A stretch of DNA of 62,626 nucleotides, the filler included, from Mycoplasmatota bacterium (GTDB lineage Bacteria; Bacillota_I; Bacilli_A; RF39; UBA660), in the NCBI GenBank assembly GCA_012727915.1. It is 7 parts of 7 records of this genome, joined end to end, with 100 filler letters (N's around TTAATTAATTAA, not from the genome) between each part and the next. Parts side by side here need not be neighbours in the genome. Positions count along the whole stretch, not along the records: positions 29,479 to 43,882 come from JAAYGD010000036.1; 6 more parts are not named here. One strand, written 5' to 3'. The translations under genes and the position numbers were made by a program. The notes under the pieces were generated by a model, which worked only from the letters and a program-made list of their open reading frames with translations, was not told the DNA's origin and ran no database searches. Positions 29,479 to 42,553 of the stretch are shown here, one piece after another. Within the stretch, counting starts at the first letter, position 1, and each line of letters begins with the position of its first letter.

Positions 29479-32400
29479 CTTCTAAATACCATCCATTTAT
29501 TGCATAATCAAAAGTATTATCTTTAGTGTTTACTTTTATAAATGATAGTTTTTCTTTCCAAAATTCTACTACTTTTTGATATTCTAAATCAATATTCTCT
29601 AATTTTGAATACTTAGATATTAATTTACTATTATCTATACTAGAACCAATTATAAATGATAATTTCTTTGTTTCACCTTTTTTGATATTTAATCCAATTG
29701 AAATTGATTTAAAATCATTATAAATATCAAAATCTACTATCTTTTCTGTTGATGTAACAAATACTTCTCTATCTTTAAAAACTTGACTAGAATATCTATT
29801 ATATAACATCAAAGAATTTAATGTATTATTTGCTTCTGCTACTATATAAGGATAATTATATTCTTTAGATGTACCAAGTACTGGTGATAACATTAAACTT
29901 ATAGGTAAAGACTTATTATCTTTAAATTTATTAGTTACTTCTAATTCATATATTTTTACATTATCCATACCCACAAAAACTTTAGTATTTATTTCATAAT
30001 TATCATTCTTAGTAATAAACTTAGTATATCCAAATCCATGAATACATTCATCAATGCTAATGCTCTTATTATCTATAATAATATCTTCACTTCTAGGATC
30101 ACTAACACTATCATTGCTCCAAGATGTTATTTTATATTCTCTACTATTACCACTATAAGTAAAACCACCCATATTATTTGTAATAACTGCTCCGAATTCT
30201 CCATTTGTTAATACGTTTGACCAAGGTGCAGGAGTATTTATTGTATTAATTTTATATTCTGTTCCTTCGTTTATTAATTCTCCTATTACTTCAACCTTCT
30301 TATTATTTGAAACCATCCTTGGATACTTAAGAGGATCATATTTAACTATCTCTTTTTCAATTTTATTGAATATATTATCTGATGCTTTTAATAATGAAGT
30401 TTCAAAATATAATTTAGATACCAATTTAAACAATTTTTCATCTTCATAATTAAATTTATCTATTACAAATACTGTTCCAAATTCTTCTTCAAAATTATTT
30501 TGCGAATTAATTTTATAAATAATATCATATACATATTTATTTATAGTTTCTTTCTTAATAGTATTTTGTTCTTTATTTAAAATTACTATATCAATATATA
30601 TAGATCTCTTTTTATAATATTCATAAGCTTTTAATATTTGTTTTGCAACCCCAATTCCTTCAAAGTCATCTACCATTACAGTAATAATAGGCCAATTATC
30701 AGAAATTCCAAACTTCCATATTTCGTTTTTAGACATATTATTTTCCAACAACAATTTTTCATTTTCAAAATTATATGGCATATAATTATATAACTTCTTC
30801 AACATATGATTATATAAGAATATTTGATTAGAATTTAAATTTGAATGTCCATCTAATATAGCTCCAAATAATTCTGATTCCCTATAAGTTGCTTTCATTG
30901 TTTCTGTATTATCATATATATCTAAAATATCTAATACTTGTTCTTTAGATTTCCCAAAACAAGTAACTAAATATATTGTTTTTTGTTTATTAGCTTTTAA
31001 AGTGATATTTTTTCTTATACTCATTATAGGATCTAATAGAGCATTTTTATCGTTAGATAAACGTTTACTATCCACTATTACTTCTGCATTATTTAAACTT
31101 CTATTTCTTCCTATAAAATTTGATCTAGATGTTTCATAATCAGTTTTAGAATTATCATCTAATATTAGCATTCTATGCGCTACATAATATTCATTTAAAT
31201 CTTTAGTTCTAGAATGTCTTTTAAATATTAATGATGAGGTTTCTTCATCAAAGGTAGATGAAATAGATACCCCATTAAACGCTCTATGCGCAATATCTTC
31301 TTCAGCTCTAGCCATTATAAGTTCTCCATAAGAAGTTAGCTCTAAATCAACATCTTCAATGTTGTAGTTATTTATAGTTACTTTTCTTATTTCTACACTA
31401 TCTTCCTTCGATACTATTATTTCAGTTTTAGTTATTATTAAATTATCTTCTCTAATATATTTAATTATTCCAGGTTCAAAAGTTACATTATACTTATCGG
31501 GAGCTTTCATAAATGGTTCATAAGTATTGGTCCAAACTACATTACTAGATAAATTTTTAATATATAAGAATAAACCATATGGTTCTTCTGGTACATTTCT
31601 ATATCTATTAATTTGAAGATTTTTATATTTTGTAAAACCTATACCTCTATCATTTATTAGAGTAGTATATAGTCCATTAGATATTATTCCGTAATCCGGT
31701 ATATCTTTAATTCCTTCTTGAAATCTAATTAATACATCTTTACTATCTTTAGTATATTCATATTTTCTATACTTTTCTATTTTTAAATCAATATATGGTT
31801 TTAATTGAGTCTTTTCTTTAAGCAAAATCTCCATTGATTTAATTCTTCTATCTTCATTAAAATATTTTTGAATTATATTTTCTTTCAATAAATTTGTAAT
31901 ACTACATATAATCATACCTTGATGATGAGCATAATAAGTTTTTACAACTTCTTCTTCTTCAGCATCATAAGCTTCATAAAAACCATACTCACCTTCCATA
32001 TCATATTTTTTTAATTTATTTATATTGTTATAAACAGATAATGGGAATTTTGGAGCAGCCAAAATTGAACCATATGGAGAAATTACAACCCTTGGTTTTT
32101 TAGTATCTGCGAATTTTAAATAAGGCACACCAAATGCTTTATATTTGTAATTTTGCGAATCGTCCAAATCATTATAAGCAGATTCAGTAATTCCCCAAGG
32201 TAACTTAGAATTTACTTCTTTTATGAAATCTTTTTGAACATAATGGCCAAATGAATATGTTTCATCTAATAAAGTATATGGAAATGATTCCATAAATATT
32301 AATGGCATGAAATATTCAAAAGAAGTTCCATTCCAAGAAATAAGTCCTTTTCTAAATTTATGCTTTGTTAAACTTTTATCTAATAAGAACCAATGTCTAT

Positions 32401-35400
32401 AAGGAACTTGTTTCATACTTATTGCAATATAACTAACAAGTCTACTTTCAGATAAAAATTTATCATAATTATAATTAGATAATACATCATTACCTACATC
32501 AAATCCTATTGAAAACACATCAGAATCTTTATCATATAAATATTCAAAATTAGTATCACTAATTATTTTTTCAATTCTATTTGCTAAAACATCATATTCT
32601 TTTTTTGATTTTAAGAACTCTTTAACTACAAATAAACATCCTACAAAATTTCCACTATCTACTGTAGATACAAAGTATGGAGTCATCTTTTTCGAATCTA
32701 AAATATTATACCAATTATATAAGTGCCCATGCCATTTCTCTAATCCTTCTACACTATTTATTATATTAGAAATTTTGTCTATTGCTTCTTCTAATTTAAT
32801 AAATTTTAATTCATAAGCACATATAATCGATAATAACGAAAAACCTATGTTAGTAGACGAGGTTCTATAATCAAGTTTATTTCTTCTATTTAATTGATAA
32901 TTATCAGGTATTAAATAATTATATTTTTTTACTAAATAATGTTCAAAATATTTCCATGTCTTATACGCAATTTTTTCATATTCATCTAATATGTTTTCTG
33001 ATAAATGATCTTTTTTTCTTTTGAAATCTTTACTCAATAAATACATTAAAATTGGTGCGAATAACCATGCAAATGATAAAGGAAATACTAAATAATAATA
33101 CTCTGGTTTAAATAGCAAAGATAAAAATACAAACGAAACCGTAATAATAGTTGAATAATTAAAATTACTTATGTATGTTCTTATATCACCTTTAGATCTT
33201 TTTTCAACTTCATCTGCAGTAACCCAATCAAGTCTATGTTTTTTACTTACAAATAATCTATTGATTGTTCTTACTATAGCATCAGTATATAAATGAGTTT
33301 CAAATGGTAAAACAGATATTGCAACCGATGATTTAATTAAAATTGATAGAAAACCTCTAATTAAATTTAAATAATATTTTAAAAATATTGTATATTTTCT
33401 TTTTCTAAATAATGAAATTATATAAAATATTATAGGAATAGAAATTGTTAATAAAGCAAAACAAAGATATGCTGTTGGGCTTCCTTTACCAATTGTAAAA
33501 CCGTAAAACAAAAACAACATGAAAAACAAATGATTTATACTTCGTCTTAAATTATCAAATATTTTCCATCTTGATATTAAGTTTAATGGGTTATCAACGA
33601 GTTCATTGTTTTTATTTTTTGTTTTGTTTTTTAGCCAAAATAATATTTGCCAATCTCCTCTAGTCCATCTGTGATGTCTTGCAGTATCATTTAAATATTT
33701 TGAAGGAAAACCATCAAATACTTCTATATTAGATGCAAAACCCGACCTTAAATAGCTTCCTTCCAATAAATCATGACTTAATATTAAATTGTCTGGAAAA
33801 GTATTTTTTAATAACTTTTGAAATATTTCCAAATCATAAATACCTTTTCCAACAAAACTACCCTCATCAAACACATCTTGATATAAATCAAATGTAGTTC
33901 TAGAATAAACATCTAAACCACCCAAACCACCATATAATTGAGAATATTCAGATTTATCTGTAACTTCTATTTCTATGTTTACTTTAGGTTGTACCATAGC
34001 GTGCCCTAAAATAACCCTTGTTCCTTCTTTATTTAAAATTGGTTTATTCATAGGATGAATCATAACACCCACTAATTTTAAAGCTGTAGAAAGCACTAAT
34101 TTAGTATCAGCATCTAAAGTAATTATATATTTGATTTTTTTATTAAATTTTTTAAAAGTATTTACCTTATATCTTGTATTTATTTCCTCTTCACTAAGAT
34201 GACCTAATAACAAATCATTAAATTCAATTAAAGCTCCTCTTTTTCTTTCTCTACCCAAATAACATTCTTGGTCATCACTATAAAATCTATTTCTATAAGC
34301 AAAATAAAATATTTCATCTCCATACTTTTCATTTAATTCTTTTACAATCCTTATACCAGTTTCTACAACTTCATCATCATAAGGAGTACCTTCAGTTTTA
34401 GATGCAGCAGCATCTCCTAATAAAGTAAAATATATATTATCACTCTTGTTAGATAAATAAAACAATTCCAAGTTTTCAAACATGGCTTCTACTCTTTTTT
34501 TATCTTTAACAATAGTAGGAATAACAACCATTGTACTATGTTCTTTTTTAATATTATCTTCAACTTTTAATGAAAATAAAGCTTTGGCATCTATAAATCT
34601 AAGTAATATTTGAGTAATAATATCTACAGATAATCCAATCATCGGAATTAAAATTAAAATAAATGCCCATATATCAGTAAATAAATAAATAATACGAGCC
34701 ATAAAAATCGCTAATAAAACTACTGATGCTATATATAAATAAGCTTTAAAATTATTACATTTGTCATTGAACAAGTAAAAACCAACATGTTTATTTTCCT
34801 TATTTGCGGAATTTATAAGTTTTATAACATAATCATATTCATTATGGTATTTACTTTTCTTCTCTATTTCTTTTCTATATCTATACTTGCTATCATCAGT
34901 CATTTTACTATAAAATCCTGCTTTTTCTTCTAAAAGAAGCTTTTCTGAAAAACTAATATTAGAATAAAAATCATGACCTTCAACATCTATAGGATTCTTT
35001 GATGATTTTTTTATCGAAGAAAATATATTCATAATTAATATATTTTCATTGATAAGAGCTTCTTGTTGTTCAGTAATTATTTTATTAAGCTCAACACCTT
35101 TTTCTTTAAATATTTCTTCCATTTTTATTTGAACTTTTTCAGCAGAAACTCCAAGTTCTCCAAGTTTATAATTAAGTTCTTCTATATAATATGGTTTATT
35201 TAATATTGTTTCATCAATCTTAATTACATCATTAACATTAAAATTCTCATCAGCTTTTCTCTTGTTAATTTCTTCAAATAAAGTTTCTATTTCTCTTTTT
35301 TGAGTTAATTTTAAATCTAATACATTACATAGATCTCCCAATCTGTCTATAAGAACTAATCCTACTAGATTATAAATATATTCAATTTCTTTATAAGAGA

Positions 35401-35713
35401 AATAATGATTAGTTTCTTCTTGATATTTATTTAAAACATTAAATAAATGTTTATAATTTAATTGAAAGTTTTTATCTCTTAAAACAGAATAAACTAAATC
35501 ATATGTTTTTTCTTTATGTTTAATACTTTTATAATTGTCTGTACTCAAATAATATAGTAATCCTTTTTTTTGTGAATCGATAATATAATAATTATCTATA
35601 AGCCATTCTGTAGTACTACCAACACTTCTATTATCTTTGGTTAATTTTATTGCTTTCTTATAATAATTAAAAATAATTTTATTTTTATTAATAAATCTTT
35701 TTTTCAAATGCAT
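29479..35713 (-). CDS. Cyclic beta-1,2-glucan synthase (Cgs/NdvB-like: GT84 + glucoamylase-like + GH94 domains), 3'-truncated
   Basis: EWLIDNYY, ERKRG, ITLDADT, LSHDLLEG, HRWTRGDWQ, RWKIFDNLRRS, SWNGTSFEYFMP, WGITESAY, AHHQGM, APWSNVLTNGEFG; ATG at 35713 with RBS AGGAGG. Confidence 0.87.
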
Positions 35714-35812
35714 TAAAAAAATCCTCCTATTATTCAAGAAACATTATATCATAATTATCTAAATTAGTCATTATTCAAAAAGAATGGTATAATACTTATA
35801 GTAGGTGATAAT

Positions 35813-37168
35813 ATGAGTGAACATATATTTAGGGCATATGACATAAGAGGAATATACGGAAGTGAAATTGATCTAGATTTAGCATACAAAATAGGAAGAG
35901 CTTTTGGAACGAAATTAATACTTGAACAAAAGTATATTACTATTGTTGGTTATGATAACAGATCTTCATCTGTTGATATATATAATAGTCTATCAAAAGG
36001 CATAATAGATAGTGGAGTAGATGTTATTAATATTGGTTTAGTAACAACACCGATGTATTATTTTGCGCTTCATATGTTTAAGGCAACTTCAGGAGTAATG
36101 ATTACCGCAAGTCACAACCCAAAAGAATATAATGGTTTTAAAATATCATTTAATGGCAAATATAATGCTTATGGAGAACAAATTCAAGAATTTAAAGAAA
36201 TGGTAAAAAAAGGAGAATTTAAAAACGGTAAAGGTACTATAATAACTCAAAATATTAAAGAGAGATATATATCATTTACTTTAGCTTCTATTAGATTAGG
36301 AAGTAGAAAACTTAAAGTAGTAATAGATAGTGGAAATGGAACATCTTCAATTGTAGTTAAAGATATATTTGATCTTATGGATTTAGACTATATACCTTTA
36401 TTTACTGAATCGGATCCAAATTTCCCAAATCATCACCCAGATCCAAGTGTTAGAGAAAACACAAAAGATTTATCAGAAACTGTTATTAAAGAAAAAGCAG
36501 ATGTTGGATTTGCTTATGATGGTGATGCTGATAGAATAGGTGTAGTTGATGAAAAAGGGGAATTAATCCCAATAGATAAGTATATGATTATAATATTGAG
36601 AAATATACTAAACAAATTAGACGACAAAAGAATATTATATGATGTTAAATGTTCAAAAGCATTAGAAGACGAAATAGACAAATTAGGTGGAATAAAATTA
36701 TGTTCAAGAACAGGAAATTCATATTTAAGAGCAAAGATAGAAACAGAAAAAATTGAATTTGGAGGAGAATTATCAGGTCATGTATTCTTTAATGATAGAT
36801 TCCCAGGATATGATGATGGAATATATGCGTCATTAAGATTAATAGAAATATTAAGTAATACCGACAAAAAAGTGAGCGAATTATTAGATGGAATTGAATT
36901 ATATCATTCTACAGATGAAATAAAAATGGAAATTAATGAAAATAAAAAGCAATTCTTGATTAGAAACTTAATAGAATATTGCAAGGAAAAGAAATATAAT
37001 TATTTAGACATAGATGGTTGCAAAGTTATATTTGATGACGGTTTCGCGCTCGTAAGGCCTTCAAATACTGGCCCCAACATTACATTAAGATTTGAAGCTA
37101 AGACAGAAAATAGATTGCAAGAAATACAAAAAGAATTTGAAAATAAAATAAAAGAAATATTAAATTAA
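35813..37168 (+). CDS. Phosphomannomutase/phosphoglucomutase
   Basis: FRAYDIRG, MITASHNP, DGDADR, GELSGH, VRPSNT. Confidence 0.93.
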   Translation: MSEHIFRAYDIRGIYGSEIDLDLAYKIGRAFGTKLILEQKYITIVGYDNRSSSVDIYNSLSKGIIDSGVDVINIGLVTTPMYYFALHMFKATSGVMITASHNPKEYNGFKISFNGKYNAYGEQIQEFKEMVKKGEFKNGKGTIITQNIKERYISFTLASIRLGSRKLKVVIDSGNGTSSIVVKDIFDLMDLDYIPLFTESDPNFPNHHPDPSVRENTKDLSETVIKEKADVGFAYDGDADRIGVVDEKGELIPIDKYMIIILRNILNKLDDKRILYDVKCSKALEDEIDKLGGIKLCSRTGNSYLRAKIETEKIEFGGELSGHVFFNDRFPGYDDGIYASLRLIEILSNTDKKVSELLDGIELYHSTDEIKMEINENKKQFLIRNLIEYCKEKKYNYLDIDGCKVIFDDGFALVRPSNTGPNITLRFEAKTENRLQEIQKEFENKIKEILN

Positions 37169-37177
37169 ATATTTCTT

Positions 37178-38485
37178 TTATTTTTCTCCTCTATTTTTAA
37201 ATACAAGTATTATTGGAGTTCCAATTAAATCAAATGATTCTCTAATTTTATTTTCTAAATATCTTTCATAAGAAAAATGAATAAGATTTTTATCATTAAC
37301 TTGAAATAAAAACTTAGGTGGTTGTGTTCCAATTTGATTAACATAATATATTTTTAAACGTTTACTTTTATATGAAGGTGGTTGATTCAATGATACCGCA
37401 TCATGTATTACATTATTTAATGGACTAGTTTGAATTTCTTTATTCCAGTTTTCATAAGCTCTTAAAACTTCTGGCATCAAAGTATGAAGCCTTTTTTTAG
37501 TTAATGCAGATAAGAAAACTATTTGAGCATAAGGCATAAAAGCAAAATTATTTCTAATTTCTTTTTCAAATTCTTTCATTGTTTTTTCTGTTTTATCCCA
37601 TTTGTTAACTACTATTACTACTGCTTTTCCACTTTCTAATGCATAACCCACAATATGTTTATCTTGTTCTATTATGCCTTCTTCTACATTTAATACTAAT
37701 AAACAAACATCACTTCTATCAATAGCTTTTAATGATCTTAAAGCACTATATCTTTCTATGTTTTCATATACCTTACCACTTTTTCTAATGCCCGCTGTAT
37801 CAATAGCTACAAACTCTTTTCCATCATATTTAAAAGGCGTATCAACTGAATCCCTAGTTGTATTAGGAGTATTAGACACAATTAATCTATCTTCATTTAA
37901 AATAGCATTTACTAAACTTGATTTACCTACATTAGGTCTACCAATTACACAAAATTTCAATATAGATGAATCGTATTCTATATCTTTAATATTATCAAAG
38001 TTTGAAATAATTAGTTCCAACAAATTATTAGTATTATCACCATGTTCTGAACTTATAGAAATATAATCATCATATCCATATTTATAAAAATCATATATAT
38101 TTTCTTTTGCTAATTTATTATCTATTTTATTAATTGCAACTATAACCTTTTTATTAGATTTTCTTAACATCTCATTAATAATATCATCTTCTACTGTTAA
38201 ACCGGTTTTTCCATCAACAATGAATACTATAACATCTGCTTCATCAATCGCAAGCTCAGCTTGTATTTTTATATCCTTATTAAACTCTCCACTTTCTAAT
38301 GTTATACCACCCGTATCAATAAGATGAAATTTATGATCTCTATATTGACACATACTATATATTCTATCTCTTGTTACTCCTGGAGCATCATCTACTATAG
38401 AAATTCTTTTTCCAGCATAACGATTAAATAATGTAGATTTACCTACATTTGGTTTTCCTATTAATGCTACTGTTGGAATCCTCAT
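37178..38485 (-). CDS. der: Ribosome biogenesis GTPase Der
   Basis: Two G domains (GKPNVGKS, GRPNVGKS), GVTRDR, DTAGIRK. Confidence 0.97.
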   Translation of the reverse strand: MRIPTVALIGKPNVGKSTLFNRYAGKRISIVDDAPGVTRDRIYSMCQYRDHKFHLIDTGGITLESGEFNKDIKIQAELAIDEADVIVFIVDGKTGLTVEDDIINEMLRKSNKKVIVAINKIDNKLAKENIYDFYKYGYDDYISISSEHGDNTNNLLELIISNFDNIKDIEYDSSILKFCVIGRPNVGKSSLVNAILNEDRLIVSNTPNTTRDSVDTPFKYDGKEFVAIDTAGIRKSGKVYENIERYSALRSLKAIDRSDVCLLVLNVEEGIIEQDKHIVGYALESGKAVVIVVNKWDKTEKTMKEFEKEIRNNFAFMPYAQIVFLSALTKKRLHTLMPEVLRAYENWNKEIQTSPLNNVIHDAVSLNQPPSYKSKRLKIYYVNQIGTQPPKFLFQVNDKNLIHFSYERYLENKIRESFDLIGTPIILVFKNRGEK

Positions 38486-38543
38486 AATATCACCCCAAAA
38501 CTTTATAAATTATAGCACGATTATAAAAAAAAACATAGACTAA

Positions 38544-39140
38544 TTAATCATCTATGAAATCTAAATATTTACCTATTATATCATGTGCTTCTTTTCTTCC
38601 TTCTTTTGAAACACTAGAAAATATTAACAAAGAATCACCTACTACTAAATCAATAGTATTTTTAATTTGTTTAATATTTTTATCTCTTAAGTTTTTCGAT
38701 ACCTTATCTGCTTTAGTAGCAACTAATACCACTTTCAAATTATAATACTTTAAAAAATTATACATAATAATATCATCTTTAGTAGGTTTATGTCTAAAAT
38801 CAATTAACATGAATACTTCTTTTAAATTCTCTCTATTTTCAATATACTCTTCTATCATTTTCCCAAACTTTAATTGTTTCTTTTGAGTAGTTATAGCGTA
38901 TCCATATCCCGGTACATCTACTAGATAATAATCTTTATTAATTAAATAAAAATTTAATGTTTGAGTTCTTCCGGGTTTATTAGAAGTTCTTGCCAAACTT
39001 TTTCTATTCATTAAAGTATTAATAAAACTACTCTTCCCTACATTAGATCTACCAACCACTAAAAATTCCGGCAATTTTGCTGGAGGATATTGACTTTGTC
39101 TAACTGCACTTATTACTATATCTGCACTTATTATTTTCAT
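38544..39140 (-). CDS. engB: GTPase EngB/YsxC
   Basis: GRSNVGKSSFIN, KPGRTQTLNFY, DVPGYGYA, TKADK. Confidence 0.95.
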   Translation of the reverse strand: MKIISADIVISAVRQSQYPPAKLPEFLVVGRSNVGKSSFINTLMNRKSLARTSNKPGRTQTLNFYLINKDYYLVDVPGYGYAITTQKKQLKFGKMIEEYIENRENLKEVFMLIDFRHKPTKDDIIMYNFLKYYNLKVVLVATKADKVSKNLRDKNIKQIKNTIDLVVGDSLLIFSSVSKEGRKEAHDIIGKYLDFIDD

Positions 39141-40090
39141 AAATTCTCCTTATATTTTTTTGCAGCCTCATCAAGTTCTTTGACTATTTCTTCAACTTGA
39201 TCAAAACTTTTAATTCTAATACCACTCGCAAATTTATGTCCACCACCGTTATATTTACTTGCAATATCATTAATTACAGGTCCCCTTGACCTAATAGATA
39301 CCCTTATTAAATTTTGTTTAACATCTTCTGAAAATGTAACCCAAACCAGTAACTCACTAACAAAAGAAAAATTACTAACCATATTTCCAGCACTGGCAGC
39401 ATCTACTTTATACTCTTTAATTATATCATCTGTAATACATATATATCCAACATTATTTTCCGTAATAATCATATTCTGAGATATATATCCTTGCAATTTT
39501 AATTCATTTAAATCTCTCATATATACTTTTTCATAAATAATATTTTTATCTATATCATATTTATCTATTAAATCACATACTAATCTAATTGTTTTAGTAC
39601 TAGCATTTTCATATAAAAATCTATTAGAATCAGATATTATTCCAATCATTATATGTTCTGCTGCTTCCTTATTCATTTCTAGTTTAGTATTTAAAGATAG
39701 ATCCGCAATCATTTCACTTGCACTTGAATAATTATCATCTATCCATTCTATTTCACAAAATTTCTCATCAAAAGGATGATGGTCTATTTTTATAGTATTA
39801 TTATATTTTTCAAAATTTTCAATATCTATTCTTCTCTTTATTGGAGTATCCAATACTATTAATAATGCTTTTGAATAATCAAAATCTTCATCAATATTAT
39901 CTGTCTTACCAATAGACTTAAACTTAGCAGATCTACTACCTGCTGCGTATACTTTCTTTTTAGGAAAAGCATTCAATATGATTGATTTCAAAGCAAATTG
40001 TGCCCCCAAAGCATCAGGATCTGCTCCAATATGTCTTGCAATTACAATATTATTATAATTCTTTATTTCTTTGTATATTTCTTTATACAT
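39137..40090 (-). CDS. nrnA: DHH-family oligoribonuclease/pAp phosphatase NrnA
   Basis: RH..ADPDALG, IDHHP, GIISDS, GGGHKFASG. Confidence 0.88.
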   Translation of the reverse strand: MYKEIYKEIKNYNNIVIARHIGADPDALGAQFALKSIILNAFPKKKVYAAGSRSAKFKSIGKTDNIDEDFDYSKALLIVLDTPIKRRIDIENFEKYNNTIKIDHHPFDEKFCEIEWIDDNYSSASEMIADLSLNTKLEMNKEAAEHIMIGIISDSNRFLYENASTKTIRLVCDLIDKYDIDKNIIYEKVYMRDLNELKLQGYISQNMIITENNVGYICITDDIIKEYKVDAASAGNMVSNFSFVSELLVWVTFSEDVKQNLIRVSIRSRGPVINDIASKYNGGGHKFASGIRIKSFDQVEEIVKELDEAAKKYKENL

Positions 40091-40099
40091 GGTACCTCT

Positions 40100-41275
40100 C
40101 TAACTAATTAATTCATAAGTTTCTCTAGCTATCATAAGTTCTTCATTAGTAGGAATAATATAACATAAAATATCAGAATTTTCACTAGATATCTTTTGAA
40201 TTTTACTTCTTACATTATTTTGTTCTTTGTCAATATATATATTTAAACAGTTTAACTTATTTATTATTTCTTCTCTTACCATAGATGAATTTTCACCAAT
40301 GCCCGCAGAAAAAACAATTACATCTGGTTTATCCAACAAAACATAATAATAAGAAACAAATGATACAACCCTATTTACAAATATATCTTGAGCTAATCTA
40401 CATCTATCGTTTCCTAACGCAATTCCATCTTCTATTTCTCTAGAATCTCCACTTATTCCACTTATTCCTAAAAAACCACTTTTTTTATTTAAATCATTAG
40501 TAACTTCTTCTATAGATTTGCCCGTATTTTTCATTATATAAGACAATATTGATGGATCTATATCTCCACATCTTGTACCCATTGCTATTCCACCTAAAGG
40601 AGTAAATCCCATAGAAGTAGCAATAACTTTTCCTTTATCAATTGCAGTTATACTTGAACCACTTCCCAAATGACAAGTAATCACTTTTAAATCTTTACCT
40701 ATTAATTCTTTAATAGAATTATATAAATATTTATGACTTGTTCCATGAAATCCATATCTTCTTACATTATATTTCTCAAACCATTCATATGGTATTGGAT
40801 ATACATATTGATTAGCATCCATTGTTTGATGAAAAGAAGTATCAAAAACCGCAACATTTTTAATATTAGGTAATAATTTTATTGATTCACTTATTCCCAT
40901 TAAGTTAGCCGAATTTTGAAGAGGTGCCAAAGGAATATAAGATTCAACATCTTTTATTACATCTTCATTTATAATTACACTTCCTGAGTACTTACTTCGT
41001 CCTTGAACAACTCTATGACCAATACCTTCTATTTCATCATAATTAGATATTACTTTTAAATTTATTAATTCATTTAAAAAAATGCTTGTAGCAACTTTGT
41101 GATTTTCTAATTCAATTTCTTTTTTTATTTTCTCTCCATTTATTTTAAATGAATAAAAACTATTAGATTCTCCAATTTTTTCAAAATTAGCGGACACTAA
41201 CACTTCTTCTTTAGGCATCTCAAATAATTGAAATTTAATTGTAGAACTCCCAGCATTAATACATAATATTTTCAT
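40100..41275 (-). CDS. ackA: Acetate kinase
   Basis: INAGSSTIKFQL, GHRVVQG, VFDTSFHQT, RYGFHGTSH, PTNEELMIA. Confidence 0.95.
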   Translation of the reverse strand: MKILCINAGSSTIKFQLFEMPKEEVLVSANFEKIGESNSFYSFKINGEKIKKEIELENHKVATSIFLNELINLKVISNYDEIEGIGHRVVQGRSKYSGSVIINEDVIKDVESYIPLAPLQNSANLMGISESIKLLPNIKNVAVFDTSFHQTMDANQYVYPIPYEWFEKYNVRRYGFHGTSHKYLYNSIKELIGKDLKVITCHLGSGSSITAIDKGKVIATSMGFTPLGGIAMGTRCGDIDPSILSYIMKNTGKSIEEVTNDLNKKSGFLGISGISGDSREIEDGIALGNDRCRLAQDIFVNRVVSFVSYYYVLLDKPDVIVFSAGIGENSSMVREEIINKLNCLNIYIDKEQNNVRSKIQKISSENSDILCYIIPTNEELMIARETYELIS

Positions 41276-41303
41276 ATTTCCTCCATAAACATTATACCAT
41301 ATT

Positions 41304-42488
41304 CTATAGTAAATCTTTGAATGTATTATGTTCAGAAATAGTTAATGTTATTAAATTAGATATACTTTCATCTATTAGTTTTTCATATTCTATTTTTGAT
41401 TCATATTCAATACACTTATCCAAACTTGGATTAATAACTGGATGAATAGGAACAAATATTGTACAACAATCCTCAAAAGGAAGAATACTTGTATCATATG
41501 TACTTATTCTTTTTGCTATATCAATTATTTCTATCTTATCCATACACGCTAAAGGCCTAATAATAGGAATATTAGTAACCTCATTAATAACACTAATATT
41601 AGATAAAGTTTGACTAGAAACTTGACCAATGCTCTCACCATTTATAATTACTTTTAAATCATACTTTTTAGCAATTATCTCTGATATTCTATACATCATT
41701 CTTCTCATTATAGTTATTGCATAATTATTATCTACTTTTTTATATATTTCTTCTTGTAACTTTGTAAAAGGTATTACAAATAAATTTATATCATATGAAT
41801 ATTCATTTAATATTTTACATAATTTAATTACTTTATTTCTGGCTTCCAAGCTTGTATGAGGTAATGATTCAAAATATATAGCGTTTATTGATATGCCCCT
41901 TCTAATAGATAAATAAGCCGCTACAGGAGAATCAATTCCCCCACTCATCATAAGTAGTGCTCTTCCATTACTTCCTACTGGATAGCCTCCTAAACCTTTA
42001 TATTCGTTTAAATAAATATAAGTATTAAAAGAATCTCTTATTTCAACATTTATTGTTAATTCGGGATTATGAATATCAACCTTTTTATTATAAACATCTA
42101 TTACATTACTTCCAATTATTCTAGACACTTCCATTGAAGTATATTTAAATCCCTTATGAGTTCTCCTTGTTTCAACTTTAAAACTATTAAACTCTTCTTT
42201 TTTTAGTATTTCCATTATAGAATTAGATATTTCTAATAAATCAGTATTTACAACATAAGATAAAGAAATTCCAATTATTCCAGGAATTTTAACTAATTTA
42301 CTTATTATTAAATTTTCATTTTGTTCATTAGCAACATCTATATACATTCTAGATTTATATTTATTAATTTTTATCTTATATTCATCCAATGATTTTTTTA
42401 CATTAGATTCTAATTTATCTAAAAAATAATTAATATTATCTTTCTTTGTAGATAATTCTGCATATCTAATCATAATAACTTTTTTCAT
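41304..42488 (-). CDS. thiI: tRNA 4-thiouridine synthase ThiI
   Basis: THUMP domain, SGGIDSPVA, GESIGQVSSQT, EDCC. Confidence 0.95.
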   Translation of the reverse strand: MKKVIMIRYAELSTKKDNINYFLDKLESNVKKSLDEYKIKINKYKSRMYIDVANEQNENLIISKLVKIPGIIGISLSYVVNTDLLEISNSIMEILKKEEFNSFKVETRRTHKGFKYTSMEVSRIIGSNVIDVYNKKVDIHNPELTINVEIRDSFNTYIYLNEYKGLGGYPVGSNGRALLMMSGGIDSPVAAYLSIRRGISINAIYFESLPHTSLEARNKVIKLCKILNEYSYDINLFVIPFTKLQEEIYKKVDNNYAITIMRRMMYRISEIIAKKYDLKVIINGESIGQVSSQTLSNISVINEVTNIPIIRPLACMDKIEIIDIAKRISTYDTSILPFEDCCTIFVPIHPVINPSLDKCIEYESKIEYEKLIDESISNLITLTISEHNTFKDLL

Positions 42489-42553
42489 AATTAATCAACT
42501 CGTTACAATTATATCATTATAAGTCAATAAAAAAAAGAGATTTCTCTCTTTAA

